Source of the DNA: Octopus sinensis
Lineage: Eukaryota
Length of the DNA: 25,828 nt
NCBI RefSeq assembly: GCF_006345805.1
Contig: NW_021836066.1
Span: 1-25,828 of the forward strand
Direction of reading: 5' to 3'
Below the pieces are notes generated by a model. That model worked only from the letters and a program-made list of their open reading frames with translations, was not told the origin of the DNA and ran no database searches. Below, in pieces: positions 22,563-25,828 of this stretch. Within the stretch, counting starts at the first letter, position 1. Each line of letters starts with the position of its first letter. The position numbers were made by a program, and so were the translations under genes.

Positions 22563-22636
22563 TGGCCGGATAACTGAAGAGATGGCGGCGTGGATTTCCA
22601 CCTCGGCATCCGAAACTTGGAGTTTTATCATGGCTA
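22563..22636 (+). ncRNA. Type I hammerhead ribozyme, best-preserved candidate (right arm of D)
   Basis: UGGCC g GAUAA CUGAAGA GAUG...GUGG auuu CCAC...CAUC c GAAA CU ugg AGU U UUAUC au GGCUA; predicted cleavage after 22624. Confidence 0.72.
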
Positions 22637-22663
22637 CCGAAAATTGTCACATATTACATTTAC

Positions 22664-22702
<39 letters not shown>

Positions 22703-22775
22703 TATATATATATTATACACACACACACACACCATATATATATATATTATATATATATATATATATATACACACA

Positions 22776-22827
<52 letters not shown>

Positions 22828-22832
22828 CATAA

Positions 22833-24570
22833 CAGGGTATGGTGCATAAATTGTCGTCTAACTTATGCAAAAATGAAAATAACACTGACATTCTTTTAAC
22901 AGATATATTTACCAAAAGTACATAAAAATATTTTGAAATACTAAAGCGTAAATTTATTCCATAAAAGCGCCATAGATTTCAACCATGGCCTCCAGACAAC
23001 TTCAGAATCTTCTGCAACTCTTCTGGATGGTCTCCTTGTTTAAGTTGACTGCCATGACCTGCATCCTTAACCCTCATGCTTTCCGAAATCCGCCGAAACT
23101 ACCTGATTATATATACACTTTAGATGAGTTGTAGTGCACCTGAGCACTGACACAACTATTATTATTTTATTATTATTATTATTATTATTATTTAAGTTGG
23201 TGAATGCTGCCATAATCCTTGCCTTCAGTTTATCTTTGGTTTACTAGGAGTTTTGTTGGTTTCTCACTCAACTGTGACCCACACATAACAATCAAGGGGT
23301 TGCAGTCTGTGGAGTTAGGTGGTCAGATGTTAGAGGTGATGTGGTCACAGAAATTGTCTGACAGCCACGACTGGGTTCTCCTGCTTGTGTGACAAAGAGT
23401 CTTCCAGCATTCTCTTGACCCAGTGCATAACATCACCATCGCTAGTGACCACTCCAAACACCATGATGTTGACTGGATGCTGGATTTTTATCACTCTTGG
23501 TACATTTTTGGGGGACACAGCAAACCAACGGTTGTTCTGTGTGTTCACTATCTGATCCTGGCAGAAATTTTTCTCATCTGAGGAAAAACCAAAGCATGTT
23601 CAGTTGGTGGGGATGCTTGAGTTTGTTCAAAAGCTCCTTAGCGCATTCTTTCCTTTTGTCCTTGGGATAAAAATTGGCCCTTTCTCATCTTGTATAAGGA
23701 ATACTCTTTACTCTCTTTTTACTTGTTTCAGTCATTTGACTGCGGCCATGCTGGAGCACCGCCTTTAGTCGAGCAAATCGACCCCGGGACTTATTCTTTG
23801 TAAGCCCAGTACTTATTCTATCAGTCTCTTTTGCCGAACTGCTAAGTGACGGGGACGTAAATACACTAGCATCGGTTGTCAAGCAATGCTAGGGGGACAA
23901 ACACAGACACATACATATATATATACATATATACGACAGGCTTCTTTCAGTTTCCGTCTACCAAATCCACTCACAAGGCATTGTTTGGCCCGGAGCTATA
24001 GCAGAGGACACTTGCCCAAGATGCCACGCAGTGGGACTGAACCCGGAACCATGTTAGCAAGCTACTTACCACACAGCCACTCCTGCGCCTGAATGTCTCC
24101 TCCTACTGAATGTCTTCATGTGCTACTTGCTTGATTAGAAATTCAGACACTCCCATGACCCTGGTGATAGACCTGATTGACTTGGAGGGATTGTTGTCAG
24201 TCATGGCTTGGAGCTCACCAACAAATTCAGGAGTCCTTTTGCTATCAGAATGATCAGAGTGACTTTTCCGAGCTGCTGTACCTTTGCAATCACCATTAGA
24301 GTCATCTAACGCTTTCCGAATTCTCTGCACTCAGATTGACACCCAAACGCTCTGAAATGTTCATAATGGCACTTCTAGTGCAGATGCCAAGCAGTACAGC
24401 ATGTCATTTCCATATTTCTGGCAGAGTGAATTGCGTCATGGTGCTATTTTTCTCACAGACAGTTCCCAACTGACCCTACTATACTGTGTAATTGACAAAA
24501 TCAAAAACAAACAATGTGCATGCATGAAATTAAAAATATAAAATGGTGACGTTTTACTCATCGCACCCTC
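22833..24570 (-). mobile_element. Decayed maT/rosa-like (DDD mariner-type) DNA transposon with both TIRs
   Basis: TIRs CAGGGTATGGTGCATAAATTGTC (22833) and the reverse complement at 24544-24570 (GAGGGTGCGATGAGTAAAACGTC), the latter followed by TA; transposase fragments RTPEFVGELQAM, SDEKNFCQDQIVNTQNNRW, IMVFGVVTSDG, PPNSTDCNP/LDCYVW with stops and frameshifts. Confidence 0.85.
23703..24090 (-). mobile_element. Composite tRNA/CORE SINE inserted in the transposase gene
   Basis: Full-length copy flanked by GAAT at 23699-23702 and 24091-24094. Confidence 0.88.
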
Positions 24571-24714
24571 TATATACCATGCACATACTCATATATACGC
24601 CGCATTGTATGTAAGTACATATGCATATGGTGCATTCACTCACATAGATAGACAAATATGAAAGTTAAAGGGAAAAAAGTTATTCAATAAAAGAATTTCA
24701 TTTCTCAGTGAGTT

Positions 24715-24979
24715 TTGTTGCATGTGTGTGTGTGTCTGTGTGTGTGTGTATAGATGTGCTCAAACACACACACTCACGTATTTGTATACATATATATGTA
24801 TGTTTATGCACTCACACACATATATGTGTATATATGTGTGTGTGTGTGTGCATATATATTTATGGTTATATCTATACCATTCTCTCTCTACACACTCACA
24901 CACATACACACATATATACACAGACATACATACACACACATGTATATAATATATATGTATATACATATATATCTCACAC

Positions 24980-25012
<33 letters not shown>

Positions 25013-25247
25013 TATATATATATGCATCTATACACACACACACACATATATACTTATATATGTACATAAATACACACACATAAATATATATTATGTATAT
25101 ATATAATATATATATATTTATATATACATATATATATTAATATATATATATACTTATATATACATGTTATATACATATATATATTATATATATATATATA
25201 TATACTTATATATATACATGTTATATACATATACATACATACATATA

Positions 25248-25285
<38 letters not shown>
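24715..25285. repeat. Mixed (TG)/(CA)/(TA) microsatellite region
   Basis: Directly visible. Confidence 0.9.
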
Positions 25286-25287
<2 letters not shown>

Positions 25288-25438
25288 ACATATATGCATA
25301 TTTTTACATTTATCTTAGAACATTCAGCCATAAATTCGGACTGCTCTCCATTTCTACACAAGCTGTAAAAACACATCGGCATATCCTCTGGAGAAGCACA
25401 TGGAAAAGTAGTGTGGAGATAGAAAAATAACAGGAGTG

Positions 25439-25470
<32 letters not shown>

Positions 25471-25828
25471 GTGAAAGAGTCATTTAGGAGTGAGAGAGTG
25501 TAGGAGAGTAAGGAGAGAGAGAATAGAGCTGTAGAAAGGGAGAGAGCGTGAACGAATGAGAGTGCTGGCTGAGCTTAGCATTGACTTAGAGAAAACACTT
25601 AGAATTTCACATAACAACAGTGTGCAGCTATAGTTTGTAGATCGCGCTGTAGTGTTCATTTGGAGTTATGGATTATACAACCGCTCATCTTACCAACACA
25701 TATAACTATACAAGTAAGTTAGCTTTTATGTACTCTGTTGTTCTTTGTAGCTTTTGTTTCTTACCTCGTTCCTTTTATTCATGTTTGGTTTTTCTTTTCT
25801 TTTTCGGTAAACTTGTAACTTTGAAACC

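Larger units (their letters stand above)
21941..22668. mobile_element. Foldback element D (same family as C, opposite orientation), tail interrupted by a SINE
   Basis: Arms 22405-22526 and 22549-22668; tail pieces 21941-21962 and 22358-22404 match the reverse complement of 21210-21280. Confidence 0.85.

Noticed and set aside
23066-23110. CTCATGC...GAAACTACC hammerhead-like spacing
   Set aside because: Two core mismatches and no convincing stem II or III.
953-24090. tRNA genes at the A/B-box sequences
   Set aside because: They continue into SINE bodies, with no complete cloverleaf visible.
395-25299. Numerous Cys/Val/Tyr/Ile- or His/Thr-rich ORFs in the track
   Set aside because: They are translations of (TG)n, (TA)n and (TATG)n microsatellites, open in several frames on both strands.

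Overview
AT-rich, repeat-dominated eukaryotic DNA. The SINE types and the (TA)n/(TG)n microsatellites suggest an octopus or other cephalopod; this is an inference. No intact protein-coding gene is recognisable, and most ORFs in the track are translated microsatellites. The window contains a 5'-truncated CR1-group LINE with RT (12137-13263), a decayed maT/mariner-type transposon with TIRs (22833-24570), a decayed Tc1/mariner N-terminal fragment (11244-11575), many tRNA-derived SINEs of several families, and a few weak candidate host exons. Main observation: six foldback (inverted-repeat) elements from five families with no sequence similarity visible by eye (8415-8590, 9252-10626, 14199-14645, 18428-18999, and the related pair 20922-21280 / 21941-22668) each carry an outward-facing type I hammerhead-ribozyme-like motif in both arms. 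Two further non-palindromic repeats (9155-9189 with a relative at 15481-15516; 17582-17626) carry single minimal hammerheads of the Penelope-like-element type. The best motif (22563-22636) has an intact CUGAAGA/GAAA core and all three stems; the others are degenerate to varying degrees. All alignments and folds were done by eye and need computational confirmation.
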